From the NCBI RefSeq assembly GCF_009914755.1, contig NC_060935.1: a stretch of 64,000 nt of DNA, one strand, 5' to 3'. Made by a program: the position numbers and the translations under genes. Positions 1 through 19,020 of this stretch are shown here, piece by piece. The stretch comes from the human T2T-CHM13v2.0 reference genome, Homo sapiens. Numbering within the stretch: the stretch's first letter is position 1; each line of letters opens with the position of its first letter. Under the pieces are notes generated by a model that was not told the origin of the DNA, ran no database searches, and worked only from the letters and a program-made list of their open reading frames with translations.

Positions 1-1024
1 ACCTCCTCAGAGGAGGACATCTTACCTATTGCCTATTACTGCCTCTTGAAAATTATTTCTTTATTACAGCTATCAAAATTTGTCAATTTATGTATAATGT
101 ATATAACATAGACAATAAGTATATGACATATATATGCTTTGAGGAAAAGACACATTTCTATTCTGTTTAACATTATATTACATAGTCATACAATAATAGG
201 CTATCAATGAATAAATGAATCCTTTAACATGTTAATTAATATGTGACCAAATCTTCTGCTTCTGATCATTGCCATCCTCTTGTATACACAATTAGTCTAA
301 GGTCACCAGGAACAAACTTATACATAGACAAATTAAGATGCTTCTGACCCATTTCAAAGATAGGGAACACACATCAGGAGAACCATGGACTATTTCTTCA
401 AACACAGGAAGAAATAGAGCTATCACAGGATTTGTAGGAAGAAATGAGTTTAGGTGAAATTTAAATGAAGCAATATTTTGATAGAATATTACAAAGTAGG
501 ATACGCAAAGGGAACAATGATAAGTCCAAACCAAAAAGTAGATGCGGGGTCTTGTTTTCCTGGAAACTACAAAATTAACACAGATGCGGACTGTTGCATT
601 AAAAAACCTTTAATCTGAATTCCTGCACCTGAGTTGGAAATTGAGATTTCTCCTCTGGATCAAAGTGACTTGGATTCTCAAGCACAGAGAAAAATATTTC
701 ACCTCACTGACAAAATTTCAAAAAATTAATTTCAGATAGTCTGTGACTTTAAAGAAACAGGTGTTTTGTTTTGTTTTGTTTTGTTTTTCAGTGAGTAACA
801 TAAGAGCAGTAGCTCAATGAAAGGAGTTGTTTGGACACATTAAAGCCCTGCCATGTGCTTGGAGGAAACATTTTTTTCTGCTGAATTTACACCTGGGTTT
901 ATGTGTCCTTTATAAATGGCAGGGCAGATGTTGACTGTCTAAGCTACTTTTTACTCTATCACTTCATAATCAGAAGGTAATTATGTTAGATTAAGAGTGA
1001 AGGTTAGTGTCTCATTAACAGCTG

Positions 1025-1952
1025 TCACATCCTCTGCTTTGCAATAGCTCTCCTTCGAGCTCCTTTCACATCTTGGTTCCTCAGGCTGTAAATCAAGGGG
1101 TTAAGCATGGGTGTGACCACCGTGTAGAAAACCGCAATGATCTTGCCGCCAGCCCAGGAGGACCTCGACTGTGGTCTCATGTCCATGAAGATGGCAGTCC
1201 CATAAATAAGGTTACCACTGTCAAATGGGAGGTACAGGTGGATAATGCCTGATACCGCCCAGAGGCTGACCGCATCCTGAGAACAGATTGAAGGATCCGG
1301 ACATAGGAAACAACAATGAGGAGGAAAGGGATGAAGACAATGATGATACTGAAGATAAAAACAACCAGCTCTGTGAATGAGGTGTTGGTGCAAGCCAACC
1401 TCAGGACAGAAAGTACCTCACAGAAAAAGTGATTCAGGATATTAGGCCCACAGTAGGGCAAACTCAACGTGAGAACATTGATAACCATGGAACTCAGGAA
1501 GCTACTGGACCAAGAAATAACTGCCAGTTGAATGCAGGTGTTTTGGTCCATAATGAAGGTATAATGAAGAGGATGACAAATGGCTACATATCTGTCATAA
1601 GCCATGACACCAAGGAGGACACAATCATTCCAAAGGAGAGGGAGAAGTACATCTGAGTAGCGCAGCTGGAGAATGAGATGGTGTTCTTTTTCCCCGCCAT
1701 GTTGGACAGCATTTGGGGGACATTGGTGGATGTGTAGCAAATGTCCAGAAAGGATAAATTAGTGAGGAAGAAGTACATGGGGGTTTGGAGGAGAGGTTCC
1801 ATCTAGATAATAGTGATGATTATAACATTTCCAGCCACCGTTGATAAATAGAACAAGAACATAATAAAAAGAATAAGCTGTATCTTTGGTTCAGAGGACA
1901 ACCCCAGGAACACAAATTCAGTGACAGTGAAGTTTGTGTTTATTGACTCCAT
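1025..1952 (-). pseudogene. OR2AH1P: Olfactory receptor pseudogene (class II, family-2-like) with one in-frame stop and two frameshifts
   Basis: Reading from ATG at 1952 gives MESINTNFTVTEFVFLGLSSEPK... with TAG at 1805-1803, then LLQTPMYFFLTNLSF. A frameshift near 1624 leads into CVLLGVMAYDRYVAICHPLHY...ALSTCTSHL, and a second near 1204 into YGTAIF...PMLNPLIYSLRN, ending at 1025. The symbol is from remembered gene order (about 31 kb upstream of OR9G1) and is less certain than the OR-pseudogene call. Confidence 0.9.
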
Positions 1953-1985
1953 CTTTCAAGGCATCTTCCTCTCACAGAACCATTG

Positions 1986-2008
1986 ACTCACCTGAAGACA
2001 AAACAAAA
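1986..2008 (-). promoter_or_regulatory. Putative 3' splice acceptor of the OR pseudogene coding exon, immediately followed by GTGAGT
   Basis: Minus strand reads TTTTGTTTTGTCTTCAG|GTGAGT, 39 nt upstream of the OR ATG. OR genes typically have a 5'-UTR intron ending just before the coding exon. Confidence 0.6.
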
Positions 2009-3779
2009 TGCCCTATATGTCAGAGTTTTGGAAACTCAGGATGGAAAAAATAAGGAGAAATCTTGGTGTAAGACTGTGTCCTGAGTATCTGAGTTTTAGT
2101 ACAAATGAAAAGCTTTTCTTCTACTTTTTCAGGGAATATTTGATGAGATCAGACTGTCAAATTAAAATACTGATTTGAGTTAAGTAAATATTCTTTCCTT
2201 TTCTGAAAGGGAATGCTCTTTTGCCTATTCATAATCATTTCAAACTTGATTCATTCTTCAAAGACTTAGTCTTCAAAGACTTCACTTACTTCACAAAGAT
2301 CTGATTCTTGTTGCTGTTGTGCTCCACCTGACAGAGCAACACAACACATCACTCAAATAAATGGCAATGAAGATTATTGCTTCATGCATTACCCCACTAA
2401 TCTACACATAAAGCCAAGCTTCCTCTACATTACCCTGATGCAACCTTCTAGTCCTTAGACACCCTGACACCAAAAAAAGACTGTGCACACTAACAAAAAC
2501 CGTCATGAGGCACATTAATTGCCAATTTTTCCACCTTACCATTTCCGTACTGTGGAATCTGGGATGATCTTATTATGCATAAAATGAGAATAATAATAGA
2601 ATGTATTTCATGATAAATTTTAAGGACTAAAATTAATAATGTATACAAAGAATTTAAGACAATGTCTACACATGGGAAGTAATCCAGAAACAACATCTAT
2701 TATTAACAGACCTAATAACATAAAGTGATTTTACATTCATCTGGAATTTACTTCTCTAATAATAATAATTTCAAGGAAATAATATTAATGAAAATTATCT
2801 AGACAAGTTAAAGTTACTAGGTCTATTTACTGAGAGCTCCTTGAGCCCCTACTGCATCTATTTGCTCTCAGTTCATATATAGTGTTAGTATGTTTGATTA
2901 ACTGACTTCTAGCCTGGAGCAGTTCAAAAGGAGTAACTTAAAAAGATATTTAGTAATGAAAAACCTAGAAGTAGGCGTAGTTAAATAGCAAAAAGTAGCT
3001 GTCAGTCATTCATCCATTCATTTATTAATTCTTTTTTTATTTCTTTGGTCTTTTTTTCTTCCTTTCAAAACTATCTTTTTGATATTGTAGTATGTAGTAG
3101 ACACAGGATATACATTGGTAAATATAACATATATTCATAATACTGTCATGAGCTTACAGTCACGGCAAGTTGCAGTAAAGGAAGCAAACTGGTTCCTAAG
3201 GGAGTGGAGACTCTTGCTCAAGAAGACATTAAAGAAACAAGTAGTTGCAGGTCAGGAAAAACAATATATCAAAGTATCGTTTTGTAAATAATAGTGACTC
3301 ACATGTAGTATGTGTTAGATGGCTTTCACAAGCTTTGATTTAAATCATGGTTTTCAAATCAAATAATTCTATGAACTGGCAAACCTTTTCATTTAAAATT
3401 TCATGTCCAGGGATAAGAAAAGATGGACCTGGAAGGAAGAGAGAGAAATCAAGTCACACCGTCCTACTTCATCGGAGGCAGGAGGGAGGGCAGTGGACAA
3501 GAGAAGCTACAGAGTTCCCTTCCAGGCTCCAAACAGCAATCAGAAAATTCTGCTGTAAATAAGAAATGCTCTGATGATCTTTAGAAGTGATTCTAGACTA
3601 TAGTGGCAAGAAATGACATCCACAGTGAGTTTCTCTATTGACAACATGACCCAGACAACATGATCTATTGACAACATGAGCCAATCCAGACACCATGTGA
3701 CTAGTGGTGAAACACACAGGACCCACCATCAAAGGGCCTGAATTACATGCTCCACCTTCACCTGAATTACATGCTCCAG

Positions 3780-3980
3780 CTCCATCACTGGCCCGCTGGA
3801 GGCTCTGTGCAATTCACACCACCAGTCCGTGCCTCATTTTCCTCATGTGCAGGATAGGGTAAAACTAGCACCTACCTCCTAGAGACGCTGAAAAAATTAA
3901 ATGAGATACTGCATGTAAATCACCTAAAACACCTAACTAGGTATAGATGGTAAGTGCTCAATACATGTTAACTATTATCA
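3780..3980 (+). mobile_element. MIR SINE fragment
   Basis: MIR core-like text: gcctcattttcctcatgtgcaggatagggt...cacctacctc...aaatgagatactgcatgtaaa...taagtgctcaatacatgttaactattat. Confidence 0.75.
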
Positions 3981-5424
3981 TTTCATTATCTATATTTATA
4001 ACTATATCATTTCATTATATTGTGTGATACTCATTAGAGGATTTTCGTTATGTATACAGAATAAGAATTATTGGCAACCCTTCCAAAAACATGACAGAAC
4101 TTATCCAAGATCTTTTGAGGATTTATTTTAATATATATAAAAGTACCTACAACATATGTAAGCAGGATAGTTATATCTATACCATCTATATCTACATCTA
4201 TACATAGTAAGAAGACCACACCAAAAATAATAGTCTTGGTTCAATAGGTATGCAGTACAAATAAAACTGGATCTTAAAAAGAAACATTAAATATTTTGGG
4301 TCAACTTCTAAACATTGTCTACATTTTGAAGATTCAAAAAAATAGAATAATCCCTTAATCCCTCTGAATTCACAATTGTCTCAAAGAGCATCTTCAGTCA
4401 CGTTACAGCTGCAGCTGTTGAAAGCCAGATACAAATTATTCAACTGTGCAGTGCTTCAGAATATAAATCTATTCTGTTCTTATAATGCACAAAGTTTCAT
4501 CTCCTTCATAAGGAAAGAGAAATAAAGACATCTTTGGAAATAAGTGTAACACCCACAGTTTGAAGCAAACTCACCAAATTAAACACGGAGTTTCAAGAAA
4601 CCCAGATATTTTGTAATCATTTGTGGATTTCATATATGCTCCTGATTAAATAAGCAATTGTCTAATTAGTTATGTACCTTTGATTTACCTCACAAAGTAA
4701 AAGCTACTATTGCCAAACGCCCTTTCAGCTTGTATGCCTGGAAATCTCCTGTTAAGTCTTTTCATACCAGCCATGCAGGGCATCCTGTTTGTCTTTAGTT
4801 TTCTGGGGGTCCTAATATGTTTGTTTATGTTTCTCCAGCCCATAGAACTTAATAAACACTATTTAATGCTGCCAGTGCTCAAATAAACCCTTCCTATTTT
4901 CTACTCTTCTTAAGTTTTTATCTTTTATTAGGAATAAATTTACTCTCATGGTAGGCATGATATCAGTCGAAGCTTATTGTCAAGCAATCATTTATCTGTT
5001 CTTTACTGAACAACACTAATTCTCAAAAGCCATCTAATTCTATTAAAAAAAGTTGACAAAAAGGCACAAACTGTGGCTAACTTACACTTTACCTTATGCC
5101 AGGGTATATGGAATTATATCAACACATTAGGATTGTATGTATTAAATGGATAAATGACTCATCTTTCTATTCTGCAAATCATAGAAAGAAACCTAATATA
5201 TATTTTACATCAAAGTAGAAAAGTCTAATTTTCTTTCATAAATTCAAGATTTGCAAGAGCTAAAAACTTTAATCTCTGTAATTTAAACCATCTGTATAAG
5301 TGAATACATTTCTTTCTCCAAGGCATAATTAAATTTATTACTTACATTTGGTAGATAGGTTTGACAGATAGTGATGATATTGTTAGTATCCAGTAATATT
5401 TCATTTTCAGAGGATAACTTTGCA

Positions 5425-5680
5425 AAGCAATGTAGTGTGGGGGTTAAAACCATAAACTATGGACATGGACAATTTGGACATAAATTCTGACACCATCATT
5501 CTGTGTTGAATCACTTGGGCAAATTTCTAAACTTCTCTAAACTCACCTTTGTCCTATGTTAAGCAAGAACTCTATTAACACCTAATTCATATAATTATTT
5601 TGATGATTATATTAGAAAGTGCACCTGGCAATTCTAACATAGTATCTGACACATAGCAACTAACTACTTTATAAATTACA
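5425..5680 (+). mobile_element. MIR SINE fragment
   Basis: tgtagtgtgggggttaaaac...aattctgacacca...cttgggcaaatttctaaacttctctaaactc...agtatctgacacatag. Confidence 0.6.
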
Positions 5681-7419
5681 ATTAATAGTATCATATAAAC
5701 TCCAGATTTCTTAAATTTGATACCAATTTACTTGGGTTCTAAGAATGGAAAGACCACTAGATATAACCATATTGGGAGTACTTGTCACATCACTATAGAG
5801 GTATTTAGATCCTACATAAACTCGTACAAACCCTATGTGCATTTAGCATCACCAACATTTATGATATCCTTTCATAGATTATCAGTTTGCCTATAAATAA
5901 TATTACTTAAAAATCCATTTAAAAATTAAAAAGTTTAAGGGCTAAGCAGAATAAACATTATATCATAACATAATCTTATTCCCCATCGAATTAAGTAAGA
6001 ACATTAGGGAAGGTTGCCAAACAGGCCAAAAAATATCTTTCTGATTAACCTATTATTGATTTATAAAAGGTATTCTGGAGACATAATTGTCATTTGATAA
6101 AATAAAAACACATCACTTACAGTGATTAAAAATTACACTATATATGATAACTTACTGCTTAGTGTGAGATAGCTTCACAAATCCTCTTGAATTAATCATT
6201 GGGATCTGGTTTTGATCAAAGCATGTAGGAAAAATAGGAGAATATACAAGCAGAGGCTCCTGGAATTCCATGCCTTCATAGAGAGGCAAACTTTAAATTA
6301 GTAAGAATGTTATGCTGGAAAACTTCATAACAAAAGTTAACAAATTCTGATGTTGCATAGAGGTGAATAAATTACCTCTTCCTCCAACAAAAACTCTCTC
6401 TATAAAAAAGAAAAACAAATCTCCAAAAGAACTGATATTTATTGCTACACACTGTGATTCTCTATTGCAGGGCAAGTATTTTGCTAAGTACTTTAAAGAG
6501 AGTAAATTTCAAATTTCATCTTCACAAAGATGAAATACATTTATTTCATCTAAAATACATTTATATCCATTTTAAAGATTAAGGAATATATGGATACAAT
6601 CTGCTTCATACCTGTTGTCTGCACATATGCATGCAAACAAAATCCCATAAAAGACAAAGCAAATGCTATCCATGTGAAAAAACACAACTCCATGGAAATA
6701 AAATAAATATTTTTATGATAACTAAAAATGAGATACTGTTATAACCCAACTCAGTTATTTTATATATTAGAAAAAGACCATGATGATGAATTCATACACA
6801 GTGAAATCCTTAACTCATATGAGTTTTTTCATTTTAGGGCCCTAGGCTTAATTTTCAATTCTTGAGGGATAATGTCCCAGACCAATAGTTAAAATTTAAT
6901 TACTCATTTTGAGAGATTCCTTGTTGATGTGTTTACTCTTTTCTCCCATTCCTCTGCCCCTGAGTATAGACTTTGTTCATGGTTTAAATGTGGCATGCTA
7001 TCTTAGTGACCAGGGTATTTTCACCCTTCTGTGTTGCCTGTCATGGTTAGTCATATAAAAATGAGTTTATTCATCACAGGAACAGCAATACCTAAAATAC
7101 AGGCTTCAGGGACTCTCCACTATCAACAGGAATTTAGAGATGGTTATTATTCTGGAACATTTTCAATTACTCACATAGCAGATTTGAACTCTAGGTTGTC
7201 TTTGCTCTGATCATAGCACACTCTGGACCCTTCTCTTACTGCATAACGGCTATACAAAGTTTGTAAGGGAACAACAAGACTTGCACTGAAACTTACTAGC
7301 AGTGTGATCCCTAATATGCCATTTCACTTTAATGAGCATCCATTTATTCTTTTTTTTCTTTTCTCTTTCTTCCTTTCTCTTTCTTTTCTTTCTTTATTTT
7401 TTCTTTCTTTCTTTTTCAC

Positions 7420-8318
7420 AGTTTTTTATTATTATACTTTAATATTATATTTTAAATACTGGGATACATGTGCAGAACCTGCAGGTTTGTTACATAGGTA
7501 TACACGTGCCATGGGGGTTTACTGCACCCATCAACCAGTCATCTGCACTAGGTATTATTCCTAATGCTATCCCTCCCCTAGCCCCCCACCTCCTGACAGG
7601 CCCCGGTGTGTGATGTTCCCCTCCCTGTGCCAATGTGTTCTCATTGTTCAGCTCCCACTTATGAGTGAGAACATGTGGTATTTGGTTTTCTGTAATTGTA
7701 TTAGTGTGCTGAAAATGATGGTTTCCAGCTTCATCCATGTCCCTGCAAAGGACATGAACTCATCCTTTTTTATGGCTGCATAGTATTCCATGGTGTATGT
7801 GTGCCACATTTTCTTTATCCAGTCTATCATTGATGGGCATTTGGGTTGATTCCAAGTCTTTGCTTTTGTAAACAGCGCTGCAATAAATATTTTTTAGAAA
7901 AAAACTATTTCAAATTTCATATGGAACCAAAAAAGAGTGCATATAGCCAAGACAATCCTAAGCAAAATGAACAAAGCTGGAGGCATCGTGCTACCCGACT
8001 TCAAACTGTACTACCAGGCTACAGTAACCAAACCAGCATGGTACTGTTGCCAAAACAGATAAATAGATCAATGGAACAGAACAGAGACCTCAGAAATAAT
8101 GCCACACATCTACAACCATCTGATCTTTGACAAACCTGACAAAGATAAGCAATGGGGAAAGGATTCCCTATTTAATAAATGTTGCGGGGAAAACTGGCTA
8201 GCCATATGCAGAAAACTGAATCTGGACCCCTTCCTTACACCTTATACAAAAATTAACTCAAGATGGCATAAAGATTTAAGTGAAAAATCCAAAACATTCA
8301 GGACATAGGCATGAGCAA
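7420..8318 (-). mobile_element. Truncated L1PA with 5' inversion (3' end on minus strand about 7420-7885; ORF2 piece on plus strand about 7890-8318)
   Basis: L1PA 3' UTR reverse complement (ctaatgctatccctccccta...). Minus ORF MIDWIKKMWH...; plus ORF ...[14 protein letters not shown]...[10 protein letters not shown]. Confidence 0.85.
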
Positions 8319-8319
8319 A

Positions 8320-8412
8320 GACTTCTTTCTTTTCTTTTCTTTTCTTTTCTTTTCTTTTCTTTTCTTTTCTTTTCTTTTCTTTTCTTTTCTTCTCTTCTCT
8401 TTTCTTTTCTTT

Positions 8413-8444
<32 letters not shown>

Positions 8445-8493
8445 TCCTTCCTTCCTTCTTTCTTTCTCTTTTCTTCTTCCTCTTTCTTTTTTT
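8320..8493. repeat. (TTTTC)n/(TTTC)n polypyrimidine microsatellite, probably a decayed L1 poly(A) tail
   Basis: Directly visible. A similar CT-rich tract lies at about 7346-7420, on the other side of the L1PA. Confidence 0.95.
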
Positions 8494-10970
8494 ACTGAAA
8501 AGTATTAATCATGTATATTAATGGAGCGCAATGTGAGGTTTTGATCTATGTGTGCCTGCAGAAATAGTCAATGAAGCCAACTAACATGGGCATCACCTCA
8601 TTAACTTATCATTTTTTGTGGTGAGAATATTATTCTTTCAGCAATTTTAAAATATACAGTATATTATTATTAACTTCAGTCACTATGTGGTATGTAGATC
8701 ACTGAAATATTTCTCCAGTACTACTGAAACTTTTTACCCTTTGATCAACACCTTCCCTTCATCTGTGCCTTCTCCTACCCCTCTTAATTTCTGATAACCA
8801 CTTTTCTACTTTCTTTTTCTATGAGATCAACTATTTTAGATTCCACATATATGAGAAATCATACAGTATTTAGTCTGTTACTGCCTGGCTTATTTCACTT
8901 AGTATAATGTCCTCCAGTTCCATCTATGTTGTTTGTGAGTGACAGAATTACCTTTTTATTTAAGGCTGTATAGTATTACATTGTGTATATTTGCCACATT
9001 TTCTTTGTCCATTAATCTACTGATAGGCACTTAGGTTGTTTCCAAATCTTAGCTACTGTGAATAATATTGTAATGAACATAAGAGTGCAGATATTTCCTC
9101 GACATACTGATTTCAATTCCTTTAGATATATATCCAGAAGTGAAATTGCTGGATCTTATGGTAATTCTATTTTTCATTTTTTGAAGAATCCAACACTTTT
9201 TCAAAATGGCTGTGCTAATTTGATTTCCATCAACAGTGTACAAACAATAATTGTTATCATTTGTCTTTTTAAACATAGCCATTCTAAGAAGTGTGAGGTG
9301 ATATCTCATTGTGATTTTAATGTGCATTTCCTTTACTACTAGAGATATTAAGCATTTCAAAAAAATATATCTCTTAGGCATTCACTTCAAAAAACAAAAT
9401 TGAAAGAAGGGAATACTTCCAAACTCATTTTATGAGAATTCAATTACCCTAATACCAGACCCAGACAAAAAAATAAAACTGATGGCTGGTATCATTAATG
9501 AACATAGATGCAAAAGTCCTCAGTACCAAATTCAGCAGCACATTAAAAAATATCATTTACCATAATCAACTGGGATTTATCCCAGGGTGCAAGGATAGTT
9601 CAATATATGTAAGTCAATAAATGTGGTACATCACCAAAAAAAATAATGGGAAAAGCCATAGATGCAAAAAAAAAAAAAAAAAAAAAATAAGTATAGAAGA
9701 CATGTACCTCAACATTCCGCAACAATAAAGGCTATGTATGACGGGCCCACAAATAACAACACATTCAATGGTGAAAACTTGGGAGTTTTATTCTCTAAGA
9801 TCTGGAACAAGACAAGGATGTCCACTGTCATAATTTCTATTCAACATAGTACAGAAAGTCCTAGCCAGAGCAATTAGGCTAGAAAAAGAAACAAAATGCA
9901 CCCATATAGAAAAAGCAGAATTGAAATTGTCTTGGCTTGCTGATGACATAAGCTTATATATGAAAACCGTAACGAATCTACCAAAAACAATTAGAATTGT
10001 CAAACAAATTCAGTAAAGTTGCAGGTTAATCAACATACAAAATCCATTAGCATTTCTTTACACTAACAACAAGCTATCTGAAAAGGAAATTAAGAAAATA
10101 ATACCTTTTATAATAACATCAGAAAAAAAATACTTAGGAGAAAATTTAACCATGGTGGTGAAATATCTGATTACTGAAGCTATGAAATATTGATGAAAAA
10201 AATTGAAGAAGACACAAATAAATATAAAGATATCCTATGTTCATGGATTAAAATTCAAACACCATTAAATGTAAACATTACCCAAAACTATCTACAGATT
10301 TAATGTAATCTCTGTCAAAATTCTAATGTTATTAGCCACAGAAACTTTTAAAAATCCTAAAGTTTTTATGAAATCAGGAAAGATCAAGAGAGAAAAAATT
10401 ACCCAAAACAATCTTGAGTAATCTATTGTAATCAAAAGAGCATTGTACTGCCATAAAAATAGACATGTAGACGAAAGGAAGAAGATTAAAGCCTTCAAAT
10501 AGACTCAAGTATGTACAGCCAATTGATTTTCAACAAAGGTGCCAAGAACACACAATGGGAAAAGGACAGTCTTTTCAATATATAGTGCTGAAAAAACTAG
10601 ATATCCTCATATGAAGAATAAATTTAGGCCTTGATCTCATACCATATACAAAAATCAACTCAAAATGGATTAAAGACTTAAAATATAAGATCCCAAACTA
10701 TAAACTACTAAAAGAAAATATTTTTTAAAAAGACCCTCTCCAGCATTGGTCTGGGCAATAATTTCTTCGCTAGGACTTCAAAAGCACAGACAGCAAAACC
10801 CAAAATAGATAAATGGATTGGTATCAAACTAAAAGGCTTCTGCACTGCAAAAACAGTAAACGATTTTTTTAATTAAAAATTAATGACATGAAAAGACAGC
10901 CCACAGTTTGTGAGAAAATATTTGCAAACCATACATCTGATAAGGGACTAATATCCAAAATATATAAGAA
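8494..10970 (-). mobile_element. Old L1 (L1MA-type) with 5' inversion: 3' end on minus strand about 8494-9385, ORF2 segment on plus strand about 9390-10970
   Basis: Minus ORF ...KEMHIKITMRYHLT... Plus-strand ORF2 text (aagggaatacttccaaactcattttatgag ... ctgataagggactaatatccaaaatatataag). Confidence 0.8.
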
Positions 10971-10974
10971 GAAT

Positions 10975-16641
<5,667 letters not shown>

Positions 16642-16884
16642 ATATATATAAAGAAAAGCACTTGAAGCTTTCTCACATTAAAATGTACACTCTCTAGGTC
16701 ATGGTCAGCCCAAGGGCTAGGTTCCTTGAACCAGTGTGGTTCCTAAGGTAATATGATCCCATCGTGAGCAAAGCTTGACCATTTTTATGCTTGTAGACAT
16801 TACTTAGTACCTAAGGGCCATGAATGAAACCCAGCCTTTGGTATTAATTGCCCCAAACAAGTCCTGTTTGTCAAGGAAGTCACT

Positions 16885-17290
16885 CAGGCAACAATTATTT
16901 ATTGAAGGCCTACTATGTGTTAGGCATTCTTCTAGGTGCTGAGGTTTAAGCAGTGGCAAAAAGAGCAGAAATTAATATTGAACTAATAGGCAATAAACTA
17001 GCAAAAAATAAAATAGTTACTTATAAATTTCAAGAACAAAATCAAATTGGTTATAATAAACAGGCCTAACTCAGGAAAAGGGGTTGCTTTGGCTTGAGTG
17101 GTCAGAAAGGAATCTGTAAGTAGATGATGTTTGGGTTGATACCCAAATAATAAGCAGCTAAGTGGTGAATATTGGGGAAAGCAGTCCCTAGTGCAAAACT
17201 CAGATATGAACAGTAGGCAGAGAAAGGCCCATAAAACAGTAGTGTGGCTAGAAAATGAAGGAGAGAAAGAAAAACAATAAAAGGAAAATT
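16885..17290 (-). mobile_element. L2 LINE fragment
   Basis: caacaattatttattgaaggcctactatgtgttaggcattcttctaggtgctgagg matches the L2 3'-end reverse complement, followed by purine-rich L2-like text. Confidence 0.65.
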
Positions 17291-17705
17291 AGATGATTTT
17301 TTAATGCTAAAAGAGAAACAAGACTTTTTCAACATTACACTAAAAATCTCAGCTAATTCAATAAAACAAAAAAGAGAACTAAAACGTTTACTGATTGGGA
17401 AGGAAGAAATGAAAGTGTCTGTTTTCAGATGACACGATTATCTGTGTAGGAAATAGGAAATTGTTCACAAACTAATAAGTTTGTGCTGGAAGTAATAGGT
17501 GATTAGAATTCAATTGAAGTATATTAAGTTAATAAATAGTCAATCACTTTGCTATGTAACAGCAATGAATGAATAAGTGGAATTTGAAATCAAAAACTCA
17601 AAATATTGTACATTAATACTCACAATAAATGAAAAAGGTATGACTCCTATAAAGTATCTATAAGATCTATATGAGGAAAAATTACAAAACTCTGATCAGT
17701 CAAAG

Positions 17706-18665
17706 GATTGTCTATTCATGTCTTTTGCACACTTTTTGATGAGATTATTTTTTCTTTACTAATTTATTTGAATTCCTTGTAGATTCTGGATATTAGTCCT
17801 TTGTCAGATGTACAAATGGCCAACAAAAATATGAAAAAATGCCCAACATCACTAATGATCATGGAAATGCCAATCAAAATCACAATGTGCTACCACCTTA
17901 CTCCTGCAAGAATAGCCATAATAAAAAAATAATAGATGTCGACATGAATGGGTGAAAAGGGAACACGACTACACTGCTGGTGGGAATATAAACTAGTGCC
18001 GTCACTATGAAAAACAGTGTGGAGATTCCTTAAAGAACTAAAAGTAGAACTACCATTTGATCCAGCAATCCCACTACTGGGTATCTAACCAGAGGAAAAG
18101 AAGTCATTATATGAAAAAGATACTTGCACACATATGTTTATAGCAGCACAATTCATGATTGCAAAAATATGGAACCAGCCCAAATGCCCATCAATCAATG
18201 AGTGGACAAAGATATTGTGATATATATAAAGAATATATGTATAAGGAAATTGTGATATATATAATGGAATACTACTCATCCATAAAAAGGAATGAAATAA
18301 TGGCATTTGCAGCAACCTGGATGGAACTGGAGACTATTATTATAAGTGAAGTAACTCAGAAATGGAAAACCAAACATTGTATGTTCTCACTTATAAGTGG
18401 GAGCTAAGCTATGAGGATATAAAGGCATAAGAATGATATGATGGACTTTGGCGACGGGGTAAAGGATAGAAGTGAGGGGACAGATAAAAGAGTACAAATT
18501 GGGTTCAGTGTGCACTGCTCAGGTGATGGGTGCACTAAAATCTCACAAATCACCACTAAAGAACTTAGTCATGTAACCAAATACCACCTGTTGCCCGAAA
18601 ACCTATGGAAATAAAAAATTAAAGTAAAATAAAGCAAAATAAAATAAGCCACACTGCAAAAAAAA
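17706..18665 (+). mobile_element. L1PB/L1MA 3' fragment with short 5' inversion (about 17706-17810 on minus strand)
   Basis: Inverted piece ...gattctggatattagtcctttgtcagatgt is joined to acaaatggccaac...; ORF ...MEYYSSIKRNEIMAFAATWMELE; A-rich tail at about 18610-18667. Confidence 0.85.
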
Positions 18666-19020
18666 AATCAAAAGAAACCTACATAAATGTAGAAGTATTC
18701 CATGTTGATAGGTAGACTCAATATTATTAACATGTCAGTTCCTCCCAAATTTATCCATACATACAATGCAATCCCAATCAAAGTTACAGCAGGTTATTTT
18801 GTGGATATCAGCAAACAATTCTAAAGTTTATTTGGAGAAGCAAAAGACCAAAATAGCCAACACAATATTGAAGGAAAATAGCAAAGTTGGAGACTGGCAT
18901 ATCTGTGTTTAAGTCTCACTGTAAAGCTATAGTAATCAATGGAGTGTGAAGAATAGACAAAGAGATCAATGAGACAGACTAGAGATTCCAGAAATACACC
19001 ATATTAAATATAGTCAACTG

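Noticed and set aside
6100-6920. Possible upstream exon/promoter of the OR pseudogene (GTAAGT donor on minus near 6115; O/E-like and TAAT motifs near 6850-6900)
   Set aside because: Such short motifs are frequent by chance in AT-rich DNA, and there is no paralog here to test conservation.
8280-8508. Phe/Ser/Leu-rich 'membrane' ORFs (also 7304..7564)
   Set aside because: They are translations of CT microsatellites.
16651-16665. aagaaaagcacttga after one L1PA resembles the TSD region aagaaaaaagcaccttga of another (61250-61267)
   Set aside because: The match is short, A-rich and imperfect. L1 endonuclease preference for A-rich targets makes it plausible by chance, and flanking homology does not extend.
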